64,000 bases of DNA. It comes from Candidatus Velthaea sp. (GTDB taxonomy: Bacteria > Vulcanimicrobiota > Vulcanimicrobiia > Vulcanimicrobiales > Vulcanimicrobiaceae). Of this stretch, positions 1 through 8,769 are shown in pieces. Within the stretch, counting starts at the first letter, position 1. Each line of letters begins with the position of its first letter. The stretch is taken from positions 18,587-82,586 of the forward strand of contig JBEKHC010000005.1 of the NCBI GenBank assembly GCA_050012475.1. The letters are read 5' to 3'. The position numbers and the translations under genes were made by a program. The notes under the pieces were generated by a model, which saw only the letters and a list, made by a program, of their open reading frames with translations, ran no database searches and was not told the DNA's origin.

Positions 1-9
1 GCCGCATTC

Positions 10-393
10 CTAAATTTGGGCGATCGCCTCGATCTCGACGCGCGCGCCTAACGGCAGCGCTGCGACCGCGACCGTCGATCGGGCGGGCGCGACGCCGCCG
101 GCAAAAGGTTCGCCGTAAATCGGATTCACGATCGGGAAATCGGCCATGTCGACCAGGAAGATCGTGGTCTTCACGACGTTCGCGAAGGTCGTCCCGGCGG
201 CGGTGAGTACGGCGTCGAGATTGCGCATCACTTGCCGCGTTTGCGCCGCGACGTCACCGTCGATGAGTTTTCCGGCGCTGGGATCGATGGCGATTTGACC
301 GCTGCAAAAAATGAAGCCGGCGCAGCGCACGGCTTGGTTATACGGCCCGATCGGCGCCGGCGCCGACGGGCTGAAAATGCGCTCGGCGCTCAT
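10..393 (-). CDS. ridA: RidA/YjgF family reactive intermediate (enamine/imine) deaminase
   Basis: APAPIGPYNQAV, FCSGQIAIDP, VVKTTIFL, PARSTVAVAALPLGARVEIEAIA motifs; start moved to ATG 393. Confidence 0.92.
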   Translation of the reverse strand: MSAERIFSPSAPAPIGPYNQAVRCAGFIFCSGQIAIDPSAGKLIDGDVAAQTRQVMRNLDAVLTAAGTTFANVVKTTIFLVDMADFPIVNPIYGEPFAGGVAPARSTVAVAALPLGARVEIEAIAQI

Positions 394-568
394 GCCGCCG
401 CCGCTTGGGAGGCGTGACCGGCGGTGCCGGGCGCAGATCGGGGTTCGAGCCAGGGACGACGTCTCATCGGCGGTTCTCCAATTCAGCTTGCCGCGTTGGT
501 GTTCGCGCGTCGGGAACGACGCGCATGCTGCGGTCGTCCCACCGAGGAGAACCAACGGAGGGACCACC

Positions 569-799
569 GTGGAGAATCGCGGGTCGAGCTACGACGTTGC
601 GGCCGTTGAGGCGTTCGCCGGGATGAACGTTCGCGTGCGGCTCGACGACGGCAGCGAGCACACCGGGCATCTTCGCACCGAACTGCTGTCCCACCGTTCG
701 CTCTCGGTTTACATCACCGGGAGCGGTGATGAAGGCGCGACGCTCTACATCGACCAAATCGTGGCTATCGTGCCGCTTTCCATCAATCCGGTAAGATGA
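569..799 (+). CDS. Small hypothetical protein, possible Sm/LSm-like fold (76 aa)
   Basis: GGAGGG RBS before GTG 569; AGMNVRVRLDDGSEHTGHL resembles the Sm1 motif; stop overlaps next ATG (ATGA). Confidence 0.65.
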   Translation: MENRGSSYDVAAVEAFAGMNVRVRLDDGSEHTGHLRTELLSHRSLSVYITGSGDEGATLYIDQIVAIVPLSINPVR

Positions 800-2226
800 C
801 ACTCGACTGCGACGATTTCAGCACCCGCTTCGACCGCGTCGGTGCCTGGATTGTCAACTACTATCAAGAAACACGGGCGTTTCCGGTTCTCTCGCGCAAC
901 GCGCCCGGCGATCTCACGCGTGCGCTGCCGGCTCACGCGCCGCAAGAGCCCGAATCGTTCGATGCCATTTTTGCCGACTTCGAACGCTTGATCGTGCCCG
1001 GCATCACGCACTGGAATCATCCGCGGTTCTTTGCGTATTTCGCCATCAGTGCCGCGCCGATCACCGTGCTGGCGGAAGCGCTGGCCGCCACACTCGACGT
1101 CAACGCGATGTTGTGGCGGACGTCGCCGGCGGCGACGGAACTCGAAGAGGTCACGTTGGGCTGGCTGCGCGAGATGCTCGGCTTGCCGGCCGCGTTTTCG
1201 GGCATCATCTACGACACCGCGTCGATCAGCGGCTTCACTGCACTAGCAGCGGCCCGCGAGTCGCTCGATCTGGATATCCGCGGCCGCGGCCTCGCCGGCC
1301 GGCCCGACCTCCCGCCGCTGCGCGTGTATCTCACCGAGCACACGCATTCGCACATCGAACGAGCCGCCATCGTGCTGGGCGTCGGCCGCGACAACGTGGT
1401 CAAAGTGCCGTGCGACCGCAATTATGCGATGGACCCACGCGCGTTGGCGGCCTGTATCGATGCGGACGTCGCCCGCGGGCTGCGCCCGATGTGCGTCGCG
1501 GCGACCGTCGGCACGACCTCGAGCACGTCGTCGGATCCGGTCGGCGCAATCGGAGCCGTCACGCACGAACGCAACGTGTGGCTGCACGTCGACGCCGCCT
1601 ACGCCGGCCCCGCCGCGATCCTCCCGGAGTTTCGTTGGCTGCTCGACGGCGCCGCGGCCGCCGATTCAATCGTCCTCAATCCCCATAAGTGGCTCTTCGT
1701 GCCGGTCGATCTGTCGGTGCTTTACGTGCGCGACATGCCGCTGCTGCGCCGCACCTTCAGCCTGGTGGCGGACTACTTGATGACCCCCGAGACCGGCGTG
1801 CGCAACTATATGGACTACGGGCTGCAGTTGGGCCGCCGTTTCCGCGCGCTCAAGCTGTGGTTTGCGATGCGCGCTTACGGCGTGCGCGGCTTGCAGGACG
1901 TGTTGCGCCGCCACATCGCGCTGGCGCAGGAACTCGCGGGGTGGATTGCGGCCGAACCGGACTGGGAGCTCGCTGCCCCGCACCCGCTCTCGGTCGTCTG
2001 TTTTCGGCATCGCCTGCCCGATGGCGACGGCGGCGCGACCGACGCTCACAATGAAGCGGTCATGGAAGCCGTCAATGCGACGGGCGAGGTCTATCTCTCC
2101 CACACCAAACTCGACGGCCGCGTCGTGCTGCGCATCGCGATCGGGAACGAACGCACGACGCGCGCCGATGTCGAGCTTGCATGGCAGCTGCTGCGCAAGC
2201 ACGCAGGAACGCTCGCGCCGGCGTAG
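796..2226 (+). CDS. Group II PLP-dependent (aromatic L-amino acid-type) decarboxylase
   Basis: PGITHWNHPRFFAYF, SPAATELE, WLHVDAAYAG, NPHKW (PLP Lys), LGRRFRALKLW. Confidence 0.93.
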   Translation: MTLDCDDFSTRFDRVGAWIVNYYQETRAFPVLSRNAPGDLTRALPAHAPQEPESFDAIFADFERLIVPGITHWNHPRFFAYFAISAAPITVLAEALAATLDVNAMLWRTSPAATELEEVTLGWLREMLGLPAAFSGIIYDTASISGFTALAAARESLDLDIRGRGLAGRPDLPPLRVYLTEHTHSHIERAAIVLGVGRDNVVKVPCDRNYAMDPRALAACIDADVARGLRPMCVAATVGTTSSTSSDPVGAIGAVTHERNVWLHVDAAYAGPAAILPEFRWLLDGAAAADSIVLNPHKWLFVPVDLSVLYVRDMPLLRRTFSLVADYLMTPETGVRNYMDYGLQLGRRFRALKLWFAMRAYGVRGLQDVLRRHIALAQELAGWIAAEPDWELAAPHPLSVVCFRHRLPDGDGGATDAHNEAVMEAVNATGEVYLSHTKLDGRVVLRIAIGNERTTRADVELAWQLLRKHAGTLAPA

Positions 2227-2245
2227 GGATGCGACCTGCGAGCGG

Positions 2246-2533
2246 TCACAGATGATCGCAGGGTTTGGTGTCGCCGGGGGTCGCCCGGCCGTGCGAGAGA
2301 TACCACAGTTCGTTGAGTTGAGCGTACATCGCAATGACCGCCGGCCGCTGCCGGACGGCGCTCTTGTTGTCCTTGAACGTGCGATTCATTTTGCAGCCGG
2401 CGTCATGCACCGCGTTCGGGTTGCCATCGCTCGGATAAGCAGCACAACCGCACGGCAGATATTCATCGCCTTGGGGACCTGAGTTCATCGCAATTGCCGA
2501 GTTATCGTGCTTTGTTTTTGCCATGCTGTTCAT
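2246..2533 (-). CDS. Hypothetical Cys-containing small protein
   Basis: 95-aa ORF with LPCGC motif in a lower-GC gap; no recognised family. Confidence 0.3.
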   Translation of the reverse strand: MNSMAKTKHDNSAIAMNSGPQGDEYLPCGCAAYPSDGNPNAVHDAGCKMNRTFKDNKSAVRQRPAVIAMYAQLNELWYLSHGRATPGDTKPCDHL

Positions 2534-2606
2534 ACCATCCAATGCGGTCGTTGCGCTGCGCCTGCGGCAACTCGTCCAATTCGTTCCAAGACGCAAATGG
2601 AACGAA

Positions 2607-2840
2607 TCAAGAATGGACTTGGTGCCAGAGATCGGCGTTTTGCGCGTGACCGCCGCAGCGATCCCACGTCACGTCGAAAGCTGTATCGTGCCGTCCGGTG
2701 CCGCTACATCGTAAGATGCAGCCGCAATCCCATGTCCAGCGCTGGACGGTTGGGAAACTGTTACTTTGTGTACACGCGTAACGATAGTCGTTGCCGAGGA
2801 TCCGCCGTGCATCGTTGATGAGTTGCTTCGCGCGATTCAT
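2607..2840 (-). CDS. Hypothetical small protein with WDCGC...WDRCGGH motif
   Basis: AAAGG RBS-like sequence upstream of ATG; protein-like composition with clustered Cys/His/Trp. Confidence 0.45.
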   Translation of the reverse strand: MNRAKQLINDARRILGNDYRYACTQSNSFPTVQRWTWDCGCILRCSGTGRHDTAFDVTWDRCGGHAQNADLWHQVHS

Positions 2841-3089
2841 GGTACGCCTTTAGTGGCGTCGCGCCGCCAAGATCGGAAGCGCGCATGGTGTACGGTTCAA
2901 ATGAACGCCACCGGGAGGAAATGAAAACCGATGAGCGAGTCGCCCCGCCCTGGTTCTAAGTCTACCAAGCATTGCTGCGTTTTTCTCTACCCAATATAGG
3001 TAGTTTTCTCGTCAAAAAGAGCGTTCGAGCGTTCGGTATATGCAGCAGACCACGTCCAGGCTACGGCTTATGTCGCAGCCGCGCGCGCT

Positions 3090-4907
3090 TTACCGCAATT
3101 GCGTGAGCGGTGCGGCGGGAACGTGATGCAGCGCTCGTTGCGCTTCGTAGCTCGCGCGTGCGGCCGCGAGTTCGCCCGCATCAACGCAGACGCCGGCGTA
3201 GGCTCCGTCGGTGAGCGGCGTCCCCAGACGCGGCGGCAGCACGTCGTCGGCGGTGGTCCAGCCTTGGCGGACATTGATGCGACGTTTGCGTTCCCAGGTG
3301 CGTTGAGCGCTCGCGCGCAGCGCGTCGGCGTCAAGCGGCAGTCCGGTCACCGCGCACCACAAATCCGCTGCTTCCGCGTAAAAATCCTCGAAGCAGTCGC
3401 GGATGAATTTGCAGAGCACGAGCGAGTCCCAAATGGCGGCGTAATCCTCGGCATCGATCGTTGCGCGCGCGCGTTCGGCAGCGCCGCGCAGCGTGCCGGG
3501 GGCGCGCAAGTCCGCATCGTACGTCGCGGCGCGATTGTGGCACGCGCCGCGCGTACAGACCGCTAACCCCAACGCATACGTCGGCAGCGCTCGCGGCTCG
3601 TAGCCGGGAAGCTCTAATCCTTTGGCGTGCATTGCGAAAGTAACGGAGCCGCCGCCGATCTGTTCGGCCGCAGCGCGGACACCGAGCGACAAAAGGCCGC
3701 CGACACCGGTGCGCGTCGCGATTGCTTCGATCGCCGGAGCGAGCACCGCGGCGTTGCCGAACGTCAGCGGCGTGCCGAACGCATCGCGCGCGATGAGCCC
3801 GTGCTCCGCGCACTCCATCGCGAACGCGATCGCGCTGCCGGTTGAGATCGTGTCGAGTCCGTAGCGATCGCAGCAGAAGATCGCGTCGAGCACGGCGTCG
3901 AGATCGTCGATGCCGCAGTTCGGTCCGAACGCCCAGACCGATTCGTATTCGCTGGCCGCAGCCGTTTTGCGATCGCGCTCGCGGCGCACGTACATGTGCT
4001 CGCACTGCACGGGACAGCCTGCACAGCCCGAACGCAGTTCGACATAGGCGCCTTTGGATTCGCGTGCGCGCTCGGGCGTGACGGCTTCGACCCCCGCGAA
4101 ACCCGAAGCGGTGAAGTTGCGCGTCGGCAGTTGTCCCATGCGCTGCAGAACGCGCATGTTCGCGCCCGTTCCCAGGATGCGATATTTGGCGGTTTGCGGT
4201 CCCAGTGCACGCATTTTCAGCGCTTGAGCGAAAACCGCGGTCGCTGCCCCGTCGGCGACGCCGACCGTTCCGCGCGCGTGCAGCGCGATTGCTTTGAGAC
4301 GTTTGGCGCCCATTACGGCGCCCGTGCCGCCGCGGCCGGCTTGCCGCCCGTCGTTCTCGACCGCCGCATAGCGCACACCGCGTTCGCCGGCAAGCCCGAT
4401 GGCGCAGACGCGCAGCGTGCGTTCTTGCCGGCGCGCGCGTAGCGCCTGCGTCGTTTCACGCGCCGTCATGCCGAGCAAATCGGCGGCATCGGCGAACACG
4501 ACGCGTTCGCCGTCGAGGATGACGGTCGTCCAATGCGCGGCCGCGCCGTAGACGACGAGCGCGGCGAAACCGCAGCGGCGAAGCGCCGCCGACCAATGAC
4601 TCGACGACAGCCCTTCGTTGAGCAGTCCGGTCAGCGGCGAAAGCGTCGCCAGCGCATGTTTGTTGGCCGCGGGCACGGGTGTCGCAGCGAACGGTCCGGC
4701 GGCGAAGACGATCGCGTTGTGGGCGCCCAGCGGATCGACCGCGGACAGGCCGCGTTCGTCGAGGTAACGCTCGAGCAGCAGCACCGCCAGACCGACGCCG
4801 CCCAGCGCGCCGGCGAAGTCGGCATCGCCGAGCGCATACCGCCGCGTCGTTTGGGTGGTGAGATCGATTTCGAGCACGTCGCGCGGCCCGGCGTACGCGC
4901 TGTTCAT
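3090..4907 (-). CDS. aor: Aldehyde:ferredoxin oxidoreductase family protein (tungstopterin AOR/WOR family)
   Basis: SPLTG, GRGGTGAVMGAKRLKAI, GCAGCPVQC and RGACH [4Fe-4S] ligands, GLDTISTG, KGLELPGYEPR; start at ATG 4907 overlapping the moaD stop. Confidence 0.92.
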   Translation of the reverse strand: MNSAYAGPRDVLEIDLTTQTTRRYALGDADFAGALGGVGLAVLLLERYLDERGLSAVDPLGAHNAIVFAAGPFAATPVPAANKHALATLSPLTGLLNEGLSSSHWSAALRRCGFAALVVYGAAAHWTTVILDGERVVFADAADLLGMTARETTQALRARRQERTLRVCAIGLAGERGVRYAAVENDGRQAGRGGTGAVMGAKRLKAIALHARGTVGVADGAATAVFAQALKMRALGPQTAKYRILGTGANMRVLQRMGQLPTRNFTASGFAGVEAVTPERARESKGAYVELRSGCAGCPVQCEHMYVRRERDRKTAAASEYESVWAFGPNCGIDDLDAVLDAIFCCDRYGLDTISTGSAIAFAMECAEHGLIARDAFGTPLTFGNAAVLAPAIEAIATRTGVGGLLSLGVRAAAEQIGGGSVTFAMHAKGLELPGYEPRALPTYALGLAVCTRGACHNRAATYDADLRAPGTLRGAAERARATIDAEDYAAIWDSLVLCKFIRDCFEDFYAEAADLWCAVTGLPLDADALRASAQRTWERKRRINVRQGWTTADDVLPPRLGTPLTDGAYAGVCVDAGELAAARASYEAQRALHHVPAAPLTQLR

Positions 4908-5170
4908 CCGCCGCTCGCCAGGAAGAGCACGCAGGGGCGGTCGGAAGCGTCGAACGGCTCGTCGTCGCCGGTCGCACGGCGGCCGTCGAGCAGCAGCAGA
5001 TTGGGATGGACGAACGACTCGCCGCCGGCGTCGATCACGCTGCCGAGCATCGCCGGACAGCGCTGGGCGAGTTCGCGCACGAGTTCGCGTTTGGTAAGCC
5101 GTTCGCCGCCGATGTCCAAACCTGAGGCGCCGGCGAACACCCGGGCCATCCCGAAGAACTCGACCGTCAT
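4904..5170 (-). CDS. moaD: MoaD/ThiS family sulfur carrier
   Basis: 88 aa, VEFFG N-terminus, C-terminal SGG. Confidence 0.85.
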   Translation of the reverse strand: MTVEFFGMARVFAGASGLDIGGERLTKRELVRELAQRCPAMLGSVIDAGGESFVHPNLLLLDGRRATGDDEPFDASDRPCVLFLASGG

Positions 5171-7128
5171 ACCGCGGCCGGGACCGTTTCGACGATCCGC
5201 ACGTCGCCGGCAAGCGCCGCGTCGTAGCCGCCCAGCGCGTCGATCGCGGCGCGCAGCGCCGGGTCGCGCATCGTGGCGATCAATGCGCCGATGCGGGGAT
5301 CATCGAGCGCGTCGGCCCGCAGCGCGAGCTCGTACGGTTCGGTCGCCAAGGGCACGAAGTCGCAGCCCAGCGCACGCGCGGCCGCCAGAATGCCCAACCC
5401 GCAGTCGGCGCTCCCGTCGGCGACGAGCGCGGCGACCGCCAAGTGGGTGAATTCGAGCCGGTCGTAGCCCTCGATCTGCGTCGACGCGAGTCCGTCGCGG
5501 GCCAACAGCGCGTCGAGCAGCATGCGCGTTCCGGCGTCGCGCTGACGGTTGACGTAGCGTGCGCGCCGCGCGACGACGTCGGCGAGCGAACGCAGTCCCA
5601 GCGGGTTGCCCCGCGCCACGATCAGCCCCTGTTCGCGCTGCGCGAACGCGATGAGCGCGACGCGGGCATCCGGGATGTAGCGCCGCACGGCGACGTCGTT
5701 ATACGTTCGGCTTGCCGGATCGAGCACGTGCGTGCCGGCGACGTGCGTCGAGCCCGTGCGCAGCGCAACCAGACCGGCGATGCTGCCGACGTTGGCCGAC
5801 ACCAGTTCGAGCCCGCGATCCGCCAGCGCGCCGGCCAGCAAGTCGATCGCGACGTCGTGGCTGCCGACGGCCAGCAAGGTGCGTTCGATCGACGCGATCC
5901 CGCGCAGCGCGCGGGCCGGCAGCGTCGTTCCGGGATGTGCGCCTTCGGTGAAGCGCGAGATCGTGACGATCGCGTTGGCCCGCGATAACGAGGTGATCAC
6001 CCCCGCCCCGCGCCGCAGCGGAACCGCTACGATGCGCCCACCGACCCGGGCAGCGACCACGCGCACGAATTCATCTTCTCCGAGCGGTGAAAAGAGCTTG
6101 CGCGTCAGCGTCACCTCGAACGTGGCGGGATCGGGCGGATCGGAGTGGGCGAGCCGTTCGATCAGCGGCGCCACGAACAGGTCGGCGCAGATCGCAGCGC
6201 TGACCGGGTACCCCGGGATGCCCAACAGCGGGACCCGCCGGCCCGCGGATTCGTGCGCCAGCGCCAGCACGAGCGGGTGGCCGGGGCGGATCGCCACGCC
6301 GTGGACGAGCAGCTCACCGAAGCGCTCGAAAATGCGCGCGGTGAAATCATGGCGTCCCGCGGAGCTGCCGGCGTTGACGAGAACGATGTCGCAGGCCTCG
6401 ATCGCGGCGCCGACCGCCGTCGCGAGCTGCGCCGGATCGTCGGGCACCCGCGGATAGCGAACCGGCAGGCCGCCGTAGCGGCGCACGGCGGCCGCCAACA
6501 GCACGCCATTCGAATCAAGGATCGCGCCGCGTTCGGGCCGCGCGACGGCCGGATCGACGAGTTCGTCGCCGGTCGTGACGATCGCCACGCGCGGCCGGCG
6601 CACCACCGCGACCTCGACGATGCCGCCCGACGCGATCGCCGCCAAATCGGCCGGACCCAGCCGCCGGCGCTTGGGCACGATCGCTTCGGTCGCCACGATG
6701 TCTTCGCCGATCGGCCGCACGTGGGTCCAGGGCGCAACGGGTTCGCGAATCGCGACCGTCCCGTCGCCGAGCGGCTCGAGATCTTCGACCATGATGACGG
6801 CGTCGGTCTGCGGCGGCAGCGGGTCGCCGGTATCGACCACGAAGGCGTCGCCGTCGAGCCGGAGGATGACCGGCGCGCCCTCGGACGCACCGCGCGTCGC
6901 CGCTGCCGCAACCGCGATCCCGTCCATCGCGCAGGCGTGGTAATGCGGCGACGAGAGCCGGGCGAAGACCGGCTGCGCGGTGACGCGATCGAGCGCGTCG
7001 TCTAGCGCCACGATCTCGATGCCGGCGTTGGCGACGCCGGCCGCGTCGAGCGCAGCGGTGAATCGCTGACGCGCCGCGTCGAGCGGGATGTCGGTCAAAA
7101 ATGCGGCGTCGCCAAACCGGCTGCTCAT
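5167..7128 (-). CDS. moeA: Molybdopterin molybdotransferase MoeA fused to a periplasmic-binding-protein-like (PBP) domain
   Basis: AMDGIAV, VDTGDPLP, TGDEL, GSSAG, PGYPVS, followed by GSHD, GSIAGL, NRQRDAGTR PBP-domain motifs. Confidence 0.92.
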   Translation of the reverse strand: MSSRFGDAAFLTDIPLDAARQRFTAALDAAGVANAGIEIVALDDALDRVTAQPVFARLSSPHYHACAMDGIAVAAAATRGASEGAPVILRLDGDAFVVDTGDPLPPQTDAVIMVEDLEPLGDGTVAIREPVAPWTHVRPIGEDIVATEAIVPKRRRLGPADLAAIASGGIVEVAVVRRPRVAIVTTGDELVDPAVARPERGAILDSNGVLLAAAVRRYGGLPVRYPRVPDDPAQLATAVGAAIEACDIVLVNAGSSAGRHDFTARIFERFGELLVHGVAIRPGHPLVLALAHESAGRRVPLLGIPGYPVSAAICADLFVAPLIERLAHSDPPDPATFEVTLTRKLFSPLGEDEFVRVVAARVGGRIVAVPLRRGAGVITSLSRANAIVTISRFTEGAHPGTTLPARALRGIASIERTLLAVGSHDVAIDLLAGALADRGLELVSANVGSIAGLVALRTGSTHVAGTHVLDPASRTYNDVAVRRYIPDARVALIAFAQREQGLIVARGNPLGLRSLADVVARRARYVNRQRDAGTRMLLDALLARDGLASTQIEGYDRLEFTHLAVAALVADGSADCGLGILAAARALGCDFVPLATEPYELALRADALDDPRIGALIATMRDPALRAAIDALGGYDAALAGDVRIVETVPAAV

Positions 7129-8363
7129 GGCGCGATGACCCGCACGGTCGTGCCGGCGGCGGCGCCGCTGCTGTCCAACGGAATGACGATCAGGCCGTCG
7201 GCGCGGATCAGCGTGAAGATGAGATTGGACTTGCCGAAAATGGGCGTAGCGCGAACCTCACCGGAGCTCGACGTCTGAAGATTGCACGCAACGTAGTCTT
7301 CCCGGCCCGGCCGCGAACGCACCGGAGCCGTCAGCACGGCCGCGCACGACTCGGCCGCCCGGACGTCCGGCTGGGCCTCGCCCCCGAGTTGCCGGACGAG
7401 CGGCCCCACCAGCCGCCAAGCCACGACGAGCGCGCTGGCCGGATTTCCCGGCAGCCCGATGACCGGCTTGCCGTCGGCCAGCGCGATTAGCGTCGGTTTC
7501 CCCGGTTTGATCGCGATGCCGTGGACGAGAATTCCCGGCGGCCCCAGGCTTGCGACCACTTGCGCGGTGAGATCGCGATACGAGACCGACGACCCCGCCG
7601 AGAGCACGAGCGCATCGCTGGCGGCCAGTGCCGCGCGGGCCGCCGCCGCGAGCCGGGGCAGATCGTCGGCGACGATCCCGGCGTGGACCGGGACCCCGCC
7701 GGCGGCGCTGATGACCGCGGCGATCGTGGAGGCGTTCACGTCGCGAACTTGCCCGATCGCCGGCTGCACGCCCGGTCCCACGACTTCGTCGCCGGTCGAG
7801 AGGATCGCAATCCGCGGCCGCGCGTACACGCGCACCGCCGGACAGCCCAGGGCGGCGAGGCCGCCCAGATCCTGGGCCCGCAACCGGCGGCCGGCCGGCA
7901 CGGCGACGTCACCTCTGCTGATGTCTTCGCCCACAGCCACGACGTTCTCGCCCGGCGCCGCCGCGTCGAGAATCTCGATCTCGTCGCCGTGCGCGTTCGT
8001 ATCTTCGACCATCACGACGGCGTCGGCGCCGGCGGGCAGCATTGCGCCGGTGTGAATGCGCGCCGCGGCGAGCGGCTCGACCCGCAACGCCGGCGCGCTG
8101 CCCATGGCGATCTCGCCGCACAGCCGCAGATATGCGGGCGCCGATTCGGACGCTCCGAACGTATCGGCGGCGAGCACCGCGTAGCCGTCCATCGTCGAAC
8201 GTGCGAATGCCGGCAAGGTCTCGCCGGCACGGACTTCAGCCGCCGTGACGCGGCCCAGAGCGTCGGCGGTCGCGACCGTTTCGGCACTCGAGACGGGCGC
8301 GCAGCGCGCCAGCAGGATGGCGAGCGCATCCTGCGGCGGCACGACCGTAAACAACTCGTTCAC
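7125..8363 (-). CDS. moeA: Molybdopterin molybdotransferase MoeA (gephyrin-like)
   Basis: STMDGYAV, IHTGAMLPAGADAVVMVE, STGDEV, IKPGKP, GLPGNPAS. Confidence 0.94.
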   Translation of the reverse strand: MNELFTVVPPQDALAILLARCAPVSSAETVATADALGRVTAAEVRAGETLPAFARSTMDGYAVLAADTFGASESAPAYLRLCGEIAMGSAPALRVEPLAAARIHTGAMLPAGADAVVMVEDTNAHGDEIEILDAAAPGENVVAVGEDISRGDVAVPAGRRLRAQDLGGLAALGCPAVRVYARPRIAILSTGDEVVGPGVQPAIGQVRDVNASTIAAVISAAGGVPVHAGIVADDLPRLAAAARAALAASDALVLSAGSSVSYRDLTAQVVASLGPPGILVHGIAIKPGKPTLIALADGKPVIGLPGNPASALVVAWRLVGPLVRQLGGEAQPDVRAAESCAAVLTAPVRSRPGREDYVACNLQTSSSGEVRATPIFGKSNLIFTLIRADGLIVIPLDSSGAAAGTTVRVIAP

Positions 8364-8416
8364 TTCGTTCCGTTCAACGCTGCTCGAGCGCGCGCATTTG
8401 CGGGTACAACGCGGCG

Positions 8417-8680
8417 ATGACGCAGGAAAACGACGCGCTCGACCGGGTCTTCGCCGCCGACCGCAACACCGGTTCGACGCCGCCCGAAACCCAAGCCGAA
8501 AGCAGCAACGTCGTCGGACGCCCGGGCGGGGCCGATGAAGCGGCCGGCTTCCGCGAGCCCACCGAAACGCCGGCAGTGGAGCGCGAAGCGTTCAGCGGCG
8601 AAGAAGCGATCCGCGAGGGTGCGAGCTTCGACGGTTTGGGTCTTCCGGTCGCCGAGGGCGCTGGCACGTCCGACCGCTAA
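8417..8680 (+). CDS. Hypothetical acidic, probably disordered protein
   Basis: 87-aa ORF filling the gap before fdh, Glu/Asp/Gly-rich, coding-like codon usage. Confidence 0.5.
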   Translation: MTQENDALDRVFAADRNTGSTPPETQAESSNVVGRPGGADEAAGFREPTETPAVEREAFSGEEAIREGASFDGLGLPVAEGAGTSDR

Positions 8681-8769
8681 ACGCACGGAGCCCGGCGCCG
8701 GCGGCCGCGGCAGGCCGTGTCGGTTAGCCTTACCGAAACGACTGTTCCGTTTCGCGCTCGCTGGAGCTG

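Noticed and set aside
4908..5213. N-terminal 100-aa extension of AOR in the ORF track
   Set aside because: Overlaps moaD in another frame; the true start is ATG 4907, coupled to the moaD stop
8681..8769. Possible Moco/Wco riboswitch upstream of fdh
   Set aside because: Too short, and I could not identify the conserved motif elements; an Infernal search would be needed
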